A stretch of 64,000 nucleotides of DNA from Candidatus Obscuribacteraceae bacterium (GCA_044229845.1 JBGASG010000001.1:544001-608000); one strand, 5' to 3'; positions 9,420-18,455 are shown, numbered from the stretch's first letter. Program-made: numbers and translations. The notes: generated from the sequence alone by a model not told the origin.

Positions 9420-9740
9420 ATGAAGAGAAACAGACATCTGGCAGCAGCGACGTTATTGGGTGCCGCTTTGTCATTGCTGACGGCAACGCCCGCAGCGCAC
9501 GGACAGGAGTCCTGGGAGTCTTATTATCAGGCTGCCCAACAAGCCTACGACGGACACAATCTTTTCGAGGCGCGGCGCCTTTTTCTCAGTGCACTCAAAG
9601 AGGCGCGCCAGAGAAAGCAAGACAAACAGCTAACTTCACGTCTAGAGAATCTGGCCGATTTTTATGTTCAGACCGACAGGCGCTCGCAGGCGGAGCCTCT
9701 CTACAAGCTGCTCAAGAAACTGCGCACGCGGCAAGGATAA
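9420..9740 (+). CDS. small exported TPR-like protein
   Basis: Signal peptide (AAHG-QE); LENLADFY...AEPLYK TPR motif. Confidence 0.7.
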   Translation: MKRNRHLAAATLLGAALSLLTATPAAHGQESWESYYQAAQQAYDGHNLFEARRLFLSALKEARQRKQDKQLTSRLENLADFYVQTDRRSQAEPLYKLLKKLRTRQG

Positions 9741-9882
9741 CTTTGCACCATAGGCGGTGCCTGCGAGGAATTGTTTCCCGTTGAAAGTCAAGGGGGCGGT
9801 GGTGGTGGTAGGTGCTCCCGGCCTGAGTACATCTTGCTGATGTGCTGTGAAACCTGCGAAGATCTGTCTCCGAGGTGGCAAG

Positions 9883-10257
9883 ATGAACAGCATTAGCAGC
9901 AGTCAACAAGCAGTCCAATCGGCTGTCGGGCAGAAAATCAAACATGCCGTCAGCAGTCTGGAGAATCTATCGCTCGAATTCGAAGGTGGACACGGAATTC
10001 TAGTTAGCGCGCAATCGGCTGAGGACAAACCGGCAATTCTGGTTGAGCAGATGGCCGCTGACAAATTGCCGCGCCAACCTGATGCGGTCTGCTCTGTGGA
10101 TTGGTCATGGATAAGCCAGTCGACCCTGGCGGCAGGGACAGTCAAAGAAGGTGTACTGCGTCTGGATTTGAATCCGGCCGGTCCGGTGACTGTTTCGGTG
10201 CAGTTCTGGCAAGGAAAACCGTTTCTAGCATTCCAGCCCTACAAGCCGGCCAAGTAG
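9883..10257 (+). CDS. hypothetical protein
   Basis: GAGGTGG RBS; globular-looking 124-aa ORF (AVCSVDWSWI, WQGKPFLAFQPY). Confidence 0.7.
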   Translation: MNSISSSQQAVQSAVGQKIKHAVSSLENLSLEFEGGHGILVSAQSAEDKPAILVEQMAADKLPRQPDAVCSVDWSWISQSTLAAGTVKEGVLRLDLNPAGPVTVSVQFWQGKPFLAFQPYKPAK

Positions 10258-10501
10258 GTGTGATACCGCTTGTGGTGCGCCCGTCGTCACAGCGAAGTGG
10301 CGGCGAACTACTGAGTTCGCCGATACTTTGTTGCGCCACGGGCCAACGAAGCAGGACAACGAGCAGGTGATGGCACGATCGGCCTTGAGCACGACAATGC
10401 ACAGGATAATGCAACGCAAACCAGAGGACGTGTCTGGCGGCGACCAGACGGTGCGGGCTTGGGGAAACTGAGACTGGAGAGTTAAGACCTGGAGGACTGG
10501 A

Positions 10502-10702
10502 CTAGACGAAGAACAAGGACAGGAACATGGTCACGCTCATGAAGAGGCAGAACAATATGAGTGCCGGTAAGAAGTCATCTACGGCATCTGCAATGGACAA
10601 TTTACGAACGCTTCTGCCGGTTTTAGAGCCATGAATCAGCTTGTCGTAATAGGTGAAGTATGGATCTTTGGTCCCGTCTATAACTGCGATTTCGTCACGC
10701 AT
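10502..10702 (-). CDS. small membrane protein (66 aa)
   Basis: C-terminal hydrophobic helix; lies in an otherwise empty intergenic gap; weak RBS. Confidence 0.45.
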   Translation of the reverse strand: MRDEIAVIDGTKDPYFTYYDKLIHGSKTGRSVRKLSIADAVDDFLPALILFCLFMSVTMFLSLFFV

Positions 10703-10916
10703 TTCTTATCAGTACCACGCTGGGATGAATAAAACAGGATTCCGTGGTGCTACCAGGACTGAGTTCAATTGAGTAGGGAGGGGCTGCTTGAACTGGAGTG
10801 GGGAGCGCCGGTGGCGATCCCGTTCTGTAGATGCAAGGTTTGTTTACCTGCATCTCACAGTTTAATGTTCGGTTAAGCAATGTCAAGATAACAAACGCTA
10901 ATATGGGCACGGTTTC

Positions 10917-12101
10917 TCACATTGACTCAGCGGCTGCATAGGCGGAAGCCCATGCCCACTGAAAGTTGTAGCCACCCAGTTGACCGGTGACGTCCACGAC
11001 CTCGCCAATGAAATGCAGTCCGGGCACCTTTTTCGATTCCATAGAGCGCGACGACAGTTCGCTGGTATCGACTCCACCGCGCGTCACTTCGGCCTTCATA
11101 TAGCCTACCGAGCTGCGCGGTACAACCCGCCAGTGATGCAAGGCGGCGGCGATTTCGTGAATCTGCTTCTCGTTGTACTGGTTGAGCGGACGCGACTCTA
11201 GATAGAGCTGGCAGAACTTTTCAGCAAAGCGTTTGGGCAAGAAGTCGGCGAGGATGTTTTTCAGTTCGGTGCGATTGCCCAAACGTTTCCTCTCTAAAAG
11301 GTCCTCCAGAAGCGGTTTTCCTGGCAGCGTGTCAATCTCCAGTGGCTCCTGAGCATTCCAGTACAAAGACGCCTGCAGAATCGCTGGCCCGGAAAGTCCG
11401 GTATGCGTGAAGAGCGAGTTCTCGTGAAACGCCACACCGTTGGCTGAGACTATGGAATCGAACGAAACGCCGGACAACTCAGGGAGTTCATGCAGCTCGG
11501 GTTCTCCAAGGTTAAACCCAACTAATGCGGGAGCGGTCTTCACTATCTTGAGCCCGAACTGCTCGGCGATGCGATAACCGAATCCGGTGGCACCAATCTT
11601 TGGGATTGAGAGTCCGCCGGTGGCAATCACCAGACGCTCGCACCGGTAGGCACCATGATTGGTATCAAGCTGGAACAACTGCTTCTGGCTCAAATGGCTA
11701 ATGGAGTCGACCGTGCAGCGCATCTGAAAATCGACAGCGGCGTGGTGACACTCCTTTTGCAGCATATCCACGATCGCCTGGGCGGATCCATTGCAGAAAA
11801 GCTGACCGAGTTTCTTCTCGTGAAATGCTATGCGGTGTTTCTTGACCAGAGCAATGAAATCGTCAGGCGTGTATCTCGACAGTGCCGACTTGCAGAAATG
11901 GGGATTGGCTGAGAAGTAATTGGCGGCTGTGGCGCCGGTGTTGGTGAAATTGCAGCGCCCACCACCGGAGATGAGAATCTTGCGTCCGAGAATGCTGGCG
12001 TGGTCGATCAGCAGGACGCGTTTGCCGCGTTTGGCCGCTTCGGCCGCGCACATCATGCCGGCGCCACCGGCGCCCACGATTATCAGGTCATAGCTTTTCA
12101 A
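10917..12101 (-). CDS. HI0933/YhiN (BaiN-like) family FAD/NAD(P)-dependent oxidoreductase
   Basis: GAGGAG, GRKILISGGGRCNFTN, ATGGLSIPKIGATGFGY, GQLGGYNFQWAWASA. Confidence 0.92.
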   Translation of the reverse strand: MKSYDLIIVGAGGAGMMCAAEAAKRGKRVLLIDHASILGRKILISGGGRCNFTNTGATAANYFSANPHFCKSALSRYTPDDFIALVKKHRIAFHEKKLGQLFCNGSAQAIVDMLQKECHHAAVDFQMRCTVDSISHLSQKQLFQLDTNHGAYRCERLVIATGGLSIPKIGATGFGYRIAEQFGLKIVKTAPALVGFNLGEPELHELPELSGVSFDSIVSANGVAFHENSLFTHTGLSGPAILQASLYWNAQEPLEIDTLPGKPLLEDLLERKRLGNRTELKNILADFLPKRFAEKFCQLYLESRPLNQYNEKQIHEIAAALHHWRVVPRSSVGYMKAEVTRGGVDTSELSSRSMESKKVPGLHFIGEVVDVTGQLGGYNFQWAWASAYAAAESM

Positions 12102-12122
12102 CTTGGTGCCGCACTTTCCACA

Positions 12123-13715
12123 TTACGACAGCAGACGCTTCAGCACTTTGCCCGTGGAGTTGCGCGGCAGCGTTTCGAGAAACTCCACCAGGCGCGGCAC
12201 TTTGTACTCGGCAAGCAACTTGGCGCAATGCTCTTTGATCTGCTCCACTGTGAAGGCTTGACCTTTGAAAGGAACCACAAACGCTTTCACGCGCTCGCCC
12301 ATGAGTTCGTCAGGGACGCCGATTACCGCCGCGTCGGCGACACCTGCCAGGCGCAAAAGTACTTCTTCGATTTCCCGCGGATAGATGTTTTGGCCGCCGC
12401 GAATGATCATTTCTTTTTGACGACCGACGATGTAGATGTAGCCATCATCGTCTTTGTAGCCCAGATCGCCTGTGTGGAACCAACCGTCCTTCAACACCTC
12501 CGCGGTGGCTTGCGGGTTGTTATGGTAACCCTGCATAACGTTGGGACCGCTGATGATAATTTCGCCGACGTGTGACTCGCCCGTCGGCAATAGATTACCG
12601 GCGCTGTCGGCAATTTCGATATGCAGTCCAGGCAGTGCCGGGCCGATGGAGCCGACCTTGCGGGGACCGTGGAGTGGATTGATGGTGGCGGCACAGGAGG
12701 ACTCTGTCAGACCGTAGCCTTCCATGACCGGTGCGCCAAAACTCTCTTCAACCTTTTTGAGGACGGCCGGCGGCAGCGCTGCCGCTCCGGCAAAACAAAT
12801 GCGCAGGGCACTCAAGTCGACTGGATTCTTCTCGTATTCCATGAGCAGGAACTGATACATGGAAGGCACTGCCGGCAGTACCGTGACTCGTTCGCTCGCC
12901 AGCGTCTTCAACACTTGCTGGACTTCGAATTTAGGAATAACGACCAGGCGACCGCCTTTGGAAAGCGTGCCCATCATTACCACCGTCAGTCCGTAGATGT
13001 GGCACAGTGGCAGCGCTGCCAGGCACACATCGCCTTCTGAAAGGTCAAACATATCCAGGCGTGCGGGAAAGATGCTGAGCACATTTTTGTGAGTGAGCAT
13101 CGCCCCTTTGGGTTTGCCAGTCGTGCCCGATGTGTACACCAGGGCGGACAGGTCCTTTTCGGGATTGAGCGGTGTCGGCCATGACATCGAAGCTGGTGCA
13201 TCCTCGACATCGGTCAGCCTTTCCAGCTTGGCTTTGCCGGCGCTGCCTGTGAGCTGCTCGCTTGGCGCCGCTGATACGAACAAGTGAGAGACCTGATGAC
13301 CGCCTTTATCGACGGCGGCGATGGCTTCAGTGAGACCAGTCTCGTGCAGAATCAGAACGGTTGCTCCGGAATCCTGCAGAATGTGCGAGATCTCCTCGCA
13401 TTTGAGGAGCGGATTTATCGGTACAGCCGTAGCTGCCAGCGATGCGACCGCGAACAACGAGGCCACGTAATCCGGATGGTTGGGAAAGAATAGCCCCACC
13501 TTATCGCCTTTTTTGACTCCAGCCAGCCTGAGCTGCCAGGCAATCGACCGGGTGCGGCGCAGTAGCTGCCCATAGGTGATGCGTCTGTCGAGAAAGGTAA
13601 GTGCCTCTTTTTCGCCGTGGCGACCGGTCCTGTCAAGAAGGATGCCGACCACGCCAAAGGTAGCCAGGCTGCCTTCTAGCGAAACTGCTGTCATAGCATC
13701 AACGGATTTCTGCAT
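12123..13715 (-). CDS. long-chain-fatty-acid--CoA ligase (AMP-binding enzyme)
   Basis: YTSGTTGKPKG, EGYGLTE, GWFHTGDLG, LPRNSTGKVLK; start codon uncertain. Confidence 0.9.
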   Translation of the reverse strand: MQKSVDAMTAVSLEGSLATFGVVGILLDRTGRHGEKEALTFLDRRITYGQLLRRTRSIAWQLRLAGVKKGDKVGLFFPNHPDYVASLFAVASLAATAVPINPLLKCEEISHILQDSGATVLILHETGLTEAIAAVDKGGHQVSHLFVSAAPSEQLTGSAGKAKLERLTDVEDAPASMSWPTPLNPEKDLSALVYTSGTTGKPKGAMLTHKNVLSIFPARLDMFDLSEGDVCLAALPLCHIYGLTVVMMGTLSKGGRLVVIPKFEVQQVLKTLASERVTVLPAVPSMYQFLLMEYEKNPVDLSALRICFAGAAALPPAVLKKVEESFGAPVMEGYGLTESSCAATINPLHGPRKVGSIGPALPGLHIEIADSAGNLLPTGESHVGEIIISGPNVMQGYHNNPQATAEVLKDGWFHTGDLGYKDDDGYIYIVGRQKEMIIRGGQNIYPREIEEVLLRLAGVADAAVIGVPDELMGERVKAFVVPFKGQAFTVEQIKEHCAKLLAEYKVPRLVEFLETLPRNSTGKVLKRLLS

Positions 13716-13864
13716 TGCGTGCCGTCCCGAACCCGGAAAGTAGTAATTATCGGGCCTTTTGGTCCGAAACAGGCGCTGGCTGGCGGTCAAACGTTTTTCA
13801 TATATAAGGAACGGATTGGGAATATATAGGCATAGGCTCCCGGTTCGCTTCTCCGTGTGCGTAT

Positions 13865-14299
13865 ATGGACGACATTCGAATCTGGCTAGTTTTGATCATC
13901 GTCGTTTGTGCCGTGATTGGCGTCACACTCAACTATTTCATCGGGCCGAAAAATCCCTTCAAACAAAAAATCGCTAATGAGGCCCGGGCTCTGGAAGTTC
14001 GGATTCGCATGGAGCAGGGGGAGGAGTTGATAGACGACCTGTGCGCGCTGGCCAATCTCTATGGGCGGGGTGGCAAGAACTGGGAGGCTGAACAAACGTT
14101 TCAGCGGGCCATCAATACTTGCTCGCAACAGTTCGGCGATCGCCACAAGACACTGGCTCGCATTTTGCGCGATTATGCGTCTTTGCTGCGCAACTTGAAT
14201 CGATTTCCAGAGGCGGAGCGTTGTGACGAACGCGCCACTCGCATAGAACGCGGAGAGGATCCAGGCAAGACAATCGAGTTCAAGAAATCGCGCAAGTGA
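13865..14299 (+). CDS. membrane-anchored TPR protein
   Basis: N-terminal TM helix; LANLY...EAEQTFQRAI...FGDRH motif. Confidence 0.75.
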   Translation: MDDIRIWLVLIIVVCAVIGVTLNYFIGPKNPFKQKIANEARALEVRIRMEQGEELIDDLCALANLYGRGGKNWEAEQTFQRAINTCSQQFGDRHKTLARILRDYASLLRNLNRFPEAERCDERATRIERGEDPGKTIEFKKSRK

Positions 14300-14393
14300 T
14301 TAGAAAAAGTGACAAGTCGACCTGAGCGGCCGACCTGTCCTACCCGCGTGTGAAATGTATTTGCTTGTTCGACACTCTGTTGGTCGCGGGAAC

Positions 14394-14702
14394 TTAAAGT
14401 CCCATGGCGAGCGGGAAGAAGTAGCCCATCAGACTGGCTACGATGACGCTGGCGCCGACTGCCCAGCGACGTTGACCGCGCTGGAACAACATGCCGATCG
14501 CGATACCACCGGCGATGGCAATGCCAATTTCCCAACTACCTATGGATTGCATGATGTTTCCCAGATTCTGGCGAACAAGCCCCAGGTGAGTTGCGGAGAC
14601 TGCTGCAACTGTGAAGACTGCCCAGAAAAATAGAAGTCCAGGCAAAGCAGACGTAGTTCCATGAAGGCTCATGTGATTGCGTCGCGGCATTACAGATTGC
14701 AT
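14394..14702 (-). CDS. small integral membrane protein
   Basis: Three hydrophobic segments; GAGGTG RBS. Confidence 0.6.
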   Translation of the reverse strand: MQSVMPRRNHMSLHGTTSALPGLLFFWAVFTVAAVSATHLGLVRQNLGNIMQSIGSWEIGIAIAGGIAIGMLFQRGQRRWAVGASVIVASLMGYFFPLAMGL

Positions 14703-14926
14703 ATTCACCTCGGGCCCGCGTTAGCGAGTGACTAAACAGTACTGTGGCTTTCTGAAAAACGTTTGAAACCGAGAAATTAGGCAACTTCGATTGTAAGTGC
14801 AAGGTTGTGAATCTCTCGTAAATGCCGAGACGAATCCGCATTAGCTATGTTTCACAAATCGCCAATCAACTGCATATGTCTAAGGCTCGACACCAACCAA
14901 GCCTCTGAGGTTTTGATTCGATTTGA

Positions 14927-16255
14927 TTAGCTTGCGGCTCGCAGCGTTCGCAGGTTACGCAGTGAGCGTTTGAATTCCTGTTGGCGTTTCGCTGCTGCCT
15001 CGCGGCTGTAAACACGATCGATTAGATTGATGAAACCGTGTCGCAGTTGATCCACACTCATATCTGAGGGTTTGAAGTTGACGTCGAAGAGCGTGCACTT
15101 GTCCCAGCGCTCGTCTTCGAGAATGCGACCCTCGCTCTTCAAGCGAGTGTAGAGCGGTGTGCCCGGAAATGCCGTTTGTATCGTCAATTGCACGTCGAAC
15201 AAGCCGAGTTCGCCGACGTAGTCGTATAGGGAGTCGATGGCTTCGATCCTCTGTCCGTCCAGCCCAAGGATGAAGCAGCCGATGACGCGAATTCCATGCG
15301 ACTGAATTTTTTGAATGGATTCCCGAGTTTTGTTGAACATGCGGTATTTATAATCGGCGCGCAGCTCCATATTCTTTAAGGAGTCGGCGACGTTGCTTTC
15401 CAAGCCGATCAAGACTTGCATGCAGCCGCTCTGTTCCATCTTGTACAAGAGCTCCGGATCATCAGCGATAGATAGATCTGTCTCGGCGAACCAGCGCACA
15501 TCACGTTTGACCATCTCCGGTAATAGTTCGTTTTTCCAGAACGCGCGATTGACCAGCGAATTGTCGTCGGCGAATTCGATGAATGGGCGACGCCAGATTG
15601 ATTGAATGCAGTCGAGCTCGGCGAGCACTTTTTCTTTGGGCTTCTGTTTGTAGCGATTGGTAATCAGAATCGATGCCGCGCAGAACTCGCAGCGGTGCGG
15701 GCAACCGCGGCTGGTCTGGATGGTGAGACGGTTGTATTTGCTCGGCTCCAGCAAATGGAACGCGGGCATCGGTGCGTCCTTCATCTCGAAACTGCTGAAT
15801 TGTGATCCATAAAATGGCTTGAGTTGACCTGCTTCGCAGTCTGCGACGATCTGGTTCCAGATTGGTTCGCCTTCGCCGATTGCTACTGCGTCGCAGTACT
15901 GTGCTGCTTCGTGCGGGAGCGAGCTGACATGTGGTCCGCCGATGACCACCGGAATCTTTAGTGCGCGGTAGCGCATGGCTAACTCATAGGCTTCGTGTAT
16001 TTGTGCGCTGTAACTAGATATGGCGACCAGATCGAACTCGCCGGGGACGCTTTCGACCGCGCTCAGGGCCGGCACTTCTATGTAGAAAACCTGATGTCGT
16101 TTGTCTGTGAGCCCAGCCAGGGTCAGGAGAGCCAGGCTCGGCAATGATGCAATGGCTTTGCCTCGGTCAAGAAACCCGGGCAGCGTCAACCCAACGGCTG
16201 CAACTTCCGGATCTATAACGTGTACGCCGCTCATGGCAATCAATCCAATTTTCAT
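14927..16255 (-). CDS. B12-binding-domain radical SAM protein
   Basis: VVIGGPH cobalamin-domain motif, TSRGCPHRCEFC (CxxxCxxC), FADDN, IGLES, PGTPLY. Confidence 0.9.
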   Translation of the reverse strand: MKIGLIAMSGVHVIDPEVAAVGLTLPGFLDRGKAIASLPSLALLTLAGLTDKRHQVFYIEVPALSAVESVPGEFDLVAISSYSAQIHEAYELAMRYRALKIPVVIGGPHVSSLPHEAAQYCDAVAIGEGEPIWNQIVADCEAGQLKPFYGSQFSSFEMKDAPMPAFHLLEPSKYNRLTIQTSRGCPHRCEFCAASILITNRYKQKPKEKVLAELDCIQSIWRRPFIEFADDNSLVNRAFWKNELLPEMVKRDVRWFAETDLSIADDPELLYKMEQSGCMQVLIGLESNVADSLKNMELRADYKYRMFNKTRESIQKIQSHGIRVIGCFILGLDGQRIEAIDSLYDYVGELGLFDVQLTIQTAFPGTPLYTRLKSEGRILEDERWDKCTLFDVNFKPSDMSVDQLRHGFINLIDRVYSREAAAKRQQEFKRSLRNLRTLRAAS

Positions 16256-16641
16256 TTTAGAAGCCCCAGGAAGAGGAAACTACCAGTAGCCGCCACCAAC
16301 GTTACGACCGGCACCACAAACAAGTGACGAAGCGGCCTTTGGAACGCCGCAGCGAAACATGTCAGTGGCATCGTTGCTTGGGCAATCACAAAAAGGAGCG
16401 AAGTAAGCGCAAGCGATTCCGGTGGGATATTTAGCCACTTAGCCGTCGCGACATAAGCAAAGTTGAGGAACGCCAGTCCAAAGCAGGCGATGTGTCCCAA
16501 CCGCAGCAAACGGCGCGTCCACGAGTTATAGCCTCCGAGCCACTCCTCTTCGTTGAACTTCAGTCCGATCGGCACGGCAACAATCAGACCGGCGAAGACG
16601 CCGGCCCAGGCAGCAATCAAATTCATTTCCATACTGCGCAT
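16252..16641 (-). CDS. four-TM membrane protein, translationally coupled to the radical SAM gene
   Basis: Hydrophobic segments, WLGGYNSWTRRLLRLGH motif; 4-nt overlap with the downstream gene. Confidence 0.7.
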   Translation of the reverse strand: MRSMEMNLIAAWAGVFAGLIVAVPIGLKFNEEEWLGGYNSWTRRLLRLGHIACFGLAFLNFAYVATAKWLNIPPESLALTSLLFVIAQATMPLTCFAAAFQRPLRHLFVVPVVTLVAATGSFLFLGLLK

Positions 16642-16732
16642 TCTCGCAGAGGGGGGTTTGCTTGATTTGCCGGTCCGAACAGTTTGCCGACTGTACGGTT
16701 GCAGGAAGTTGTCGCCAAGGTATTTAGTGCTC

Positions 16733-17344
16733 TTAGTTCAAGATGAGCTGGGTAGTTCCTGACCTAGACGTTGGCAGTGCCAGCATCTTTGAGAGCCATT
16801 CCGGCAGCAGCTGGAAACGCGCGGCGCATTCATCCCAGTCTCGCTCAGTCCAGCCGTCGATGGTGTGCTGTAGGAAGTGCACGGGATTGGAGGATCTTCC
16901 TAGATGCCATATGGTGCGCAACTCCGTACCCACTGTTGAATCAGTGAGGACGAGCTTGCGCATGCTGGCACCTACATATTGGATCGGTCCCTGTGAGGTC
17001 CAGATGCGACTGCTGCGTCCACTTACCGCAAAGATTTCGGCGGGCGGTTCCTGCTGGGGGAGTCCGACCTCTCTCGCGAATTGCGCACTCACGCTGGCAA
17101 TAATCTTGTGAAATACACGCGCCTTCGCGAGGGCAATTTCCGTGATGCTGGGTTGGGGAGTATTGGGTCCTCCTTTGATGTATAACCCCCACGCGATGCG
17201 TGTGATTTCTTTGTTAGCGTGTAGTCTCGACAAAGCTGTATCGATCGCACCGCGGTTTTTGGCTAGGTGGAGCACCTGTCGGGTTGCTATCATCGCGCCT
17301 TCCGGGATGCTCTCTATTAGTTCTCTGATTTCTTCGATTGCCAT
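16733..17344 (-). CDS. DUF6088 family protein (AbiEi-like type IV antitoxin/wHTH regulator), orphan
   Basis: IESIPEG...RGAIDTALSRL...ITRIAWGLY N-terminal wHTH pattern; C-terminal LPEWL; AAGGAG RBS before ATG at 17344. Confidence 0.75.
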   Translation of the reverse strand: MAIEEIRELIESIPEGAMIATRQVLHLAKNRGAIDTALSRLHANKEITRIAWGLYIKGGPNTPQPSITEIALAKARVFHKIIASVSAQFAREVGLPQQEPPAEIFAVSGRSSRIWTSQGPIQYVGASMRKLVLTDSTVGTELRTIWHLGRSSNPVHFLQHTIDGWTERDWDECAARFQLLPEWLSKMLALPTSRSGTTQLILN

Positions 17345-17397
17345 AGGGTTTCTCCTTTCGTTTGATCTAAGGATTGTTATATCTAATGGCGCGTCTG

Positions 17398-17995
17398 ATT
17401 TGCAAAACATTCGAATCTAGAGCACCACAGGCGGTGCGAGATGTTAGTGGGGGAATTCTCACATCTTTGTTTGCTCGCGCTGCCTCCCTGGAGCCCTCCG
17501 GCGCCCGCACCGTCTGGGCATTGATAGATTTTGGTACCAGAATCTATCAATATCTGCCACGAGGTTTGCTCAAGACTGAGCGCGATGCTTGCACTCGGCG
17601 TTTCTTGTGAATGCCGTGTTGTGGATTTTGGTTGGTACTGGAATCTATTATTTGCAAACGATTGAAACTGGAGCGCCGTTAAATGTGCGATATTTTGGTG
17701 AGGAAATTTCTCGCGCTTCGTGTTTCGCGTTGCCGCTCTGGCGCCTCCGGCGCCCGTCCGCGCCAACCTAGGCATTGATAGATTTTGGTACCAAAACCTG
17801 TCAACGTCTGCCACCAGAGTTTGCGCCGGGGCGAGAGCAAAACTTGCTCTCGTGCGTTTCGTTTGCATCCCGTATTGGTGGATTTTGGTACTTGAATCTG
17901 ACGTTTTGGCTGGACGCTGTCTGTACAAGCGCCTTTGCGCTGGGGGTGAGCAAATCGCTTTGGCTTCGAATTGTTAGTTTTTAGGACTAAAACCT
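17398..17995. repeat. array of ~30-bp palindromic repeats (consensus TTGATAGATTTTGGTACCARAATCTATCAA) within a diverged ~254-bp tandem duplication
   Basis: Copies at 17521-17550, 17619-17651, 17775-17804, 17875-17904 and 17971-17995 (last one interrupted by the IS); weaker copies near 17433 and 17684. Confidence 0.85.
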
Positions 17996-18120
17996 TTGAC
18001 GTCCTCCCCTCCCTGAAGGAAGGGGATTGCGGCTAAGCAGCCGAAGCTGCCGACACGGTGGGTTCCTGCTTCGCCGAGGCACCCATCGGCACCTCTCCAC
18101 CGCAATCACAATGCCATGGT
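17996..18120 (-). ncRNA. TnpB omega/reRNA scaffold region (right end), overlapping the tnpB 3' remnant
   Basis: Minus strand encodes ...CGGEVPMGASAKQEPTVSAASAA* (TnpB-like tail, stop at 18033-18035), then AATCCCCTTCCTTCAGGGAGGGGAGGACGTCAA. In IS200/IS605 elements this region encodes the reRNA. Confidence 0.6.
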
Positions 18121-18121
18121 G

Positions 18122-18245
18122 CCGCCATCTCCAGAAGCTCTGGGGAGACAGTCTATGGTCTCCTAGCTACTTCGCTGGAAGTTGCGGAGGCGCCCCTATC
18201 AGCATTGTTCGCCAGTATATTGAGCAGCAACGCACCCCACACTGA
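18122..18245 (+). pseudogene. tnpA: IS200/IS605 TnpA (Y1 transposase) C-terminal remnant
   Basis: LWSPSYFAGSCGGAPISIVRQYIEQQ is the canonical TnpA C-terminus with the catalytic Tyr; the HUH-containing N-terminal part is missing. Confidence 0.85.
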
Positions 18246-18425
18246 TCGACAAGGCGTCTGCGCCGCCGGCGCTATCCTCCTCGCCCTGAAGGACGAGGCT
18301 TGCCGCGCATCTTGGTCAAAGACAGCGGGTGATGCGACCGAGAGAGTGTTTTGAAAAATCGAGAGCGTGTTTTGCGCGTTTGTGAAAACGTGAGGCTCAA
18401 ATCGCAAGCGTAGACCGGAATCTGC

Positions 18426-18455
18426 TTGACGCGACATACTAATGTATGGTAGCTT
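18426..18455 (+). promoter_or_regulatory. dnaE2 promoter with candidate SOS (LexA-type) box CATAC-TAAT-GTATG
   Basis: TTGACG (18426-18431), palindrome 18435-18448, TG-G-TAGCTT extended -10 (18447-18455); same motif upstream of imuA. Confidence 0.7.

Larger units (their letters stand above)
17996..18314 (-). mobile_element. non-autonomous, internally deleted IS200/IS605-family element (319 bp)
   Basis: On the minus strand TTGAC target precedes a left end starting CAAG, and the right end finishes GTCAA. Similar subterminal hairpins at 18279-18298 and 18006-18025. Contains the 3' tails of divergent tnpA and tnpB. Confidence 0.85.

Noticed and set aside
10703..10916. Possible riboswitch in the leader of the 10502..10702 ORF
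   Set aside because: Some hairpins are present but I could recognise no known aptamer consensus.
17383..17928. 181-aa minus-strand ORF and overlapping short plus-strand ORFs across the repeat array
   Set aside because: The repeat copies translate in different frames and there is no RBS or domain signature; better explained as non-coding.
17398..17995. CRISPR array interpretation of the palindromic repeats
   Set aside because: Repeats are degenerate, the gaps are long and irregular, two of the inter-repeat segments are homologous to each other (tandem duplication), and there are no cas genes in the window.
18027..18245. 72-aa ORF as an intact transposase
   Set aside because: Only the C-terminal ~40 aa are TnpA-like; the N-terminal half is antisense tnpB/right-end sequence and the HUH motif is absent.
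18339..18374. Short direct repeat CGAGAG(A/C)GTGTTTTG x2 upstream of dnaE2
   Set aside because: Only two copies and not found at the imuA promoter; insufficient support for a function.
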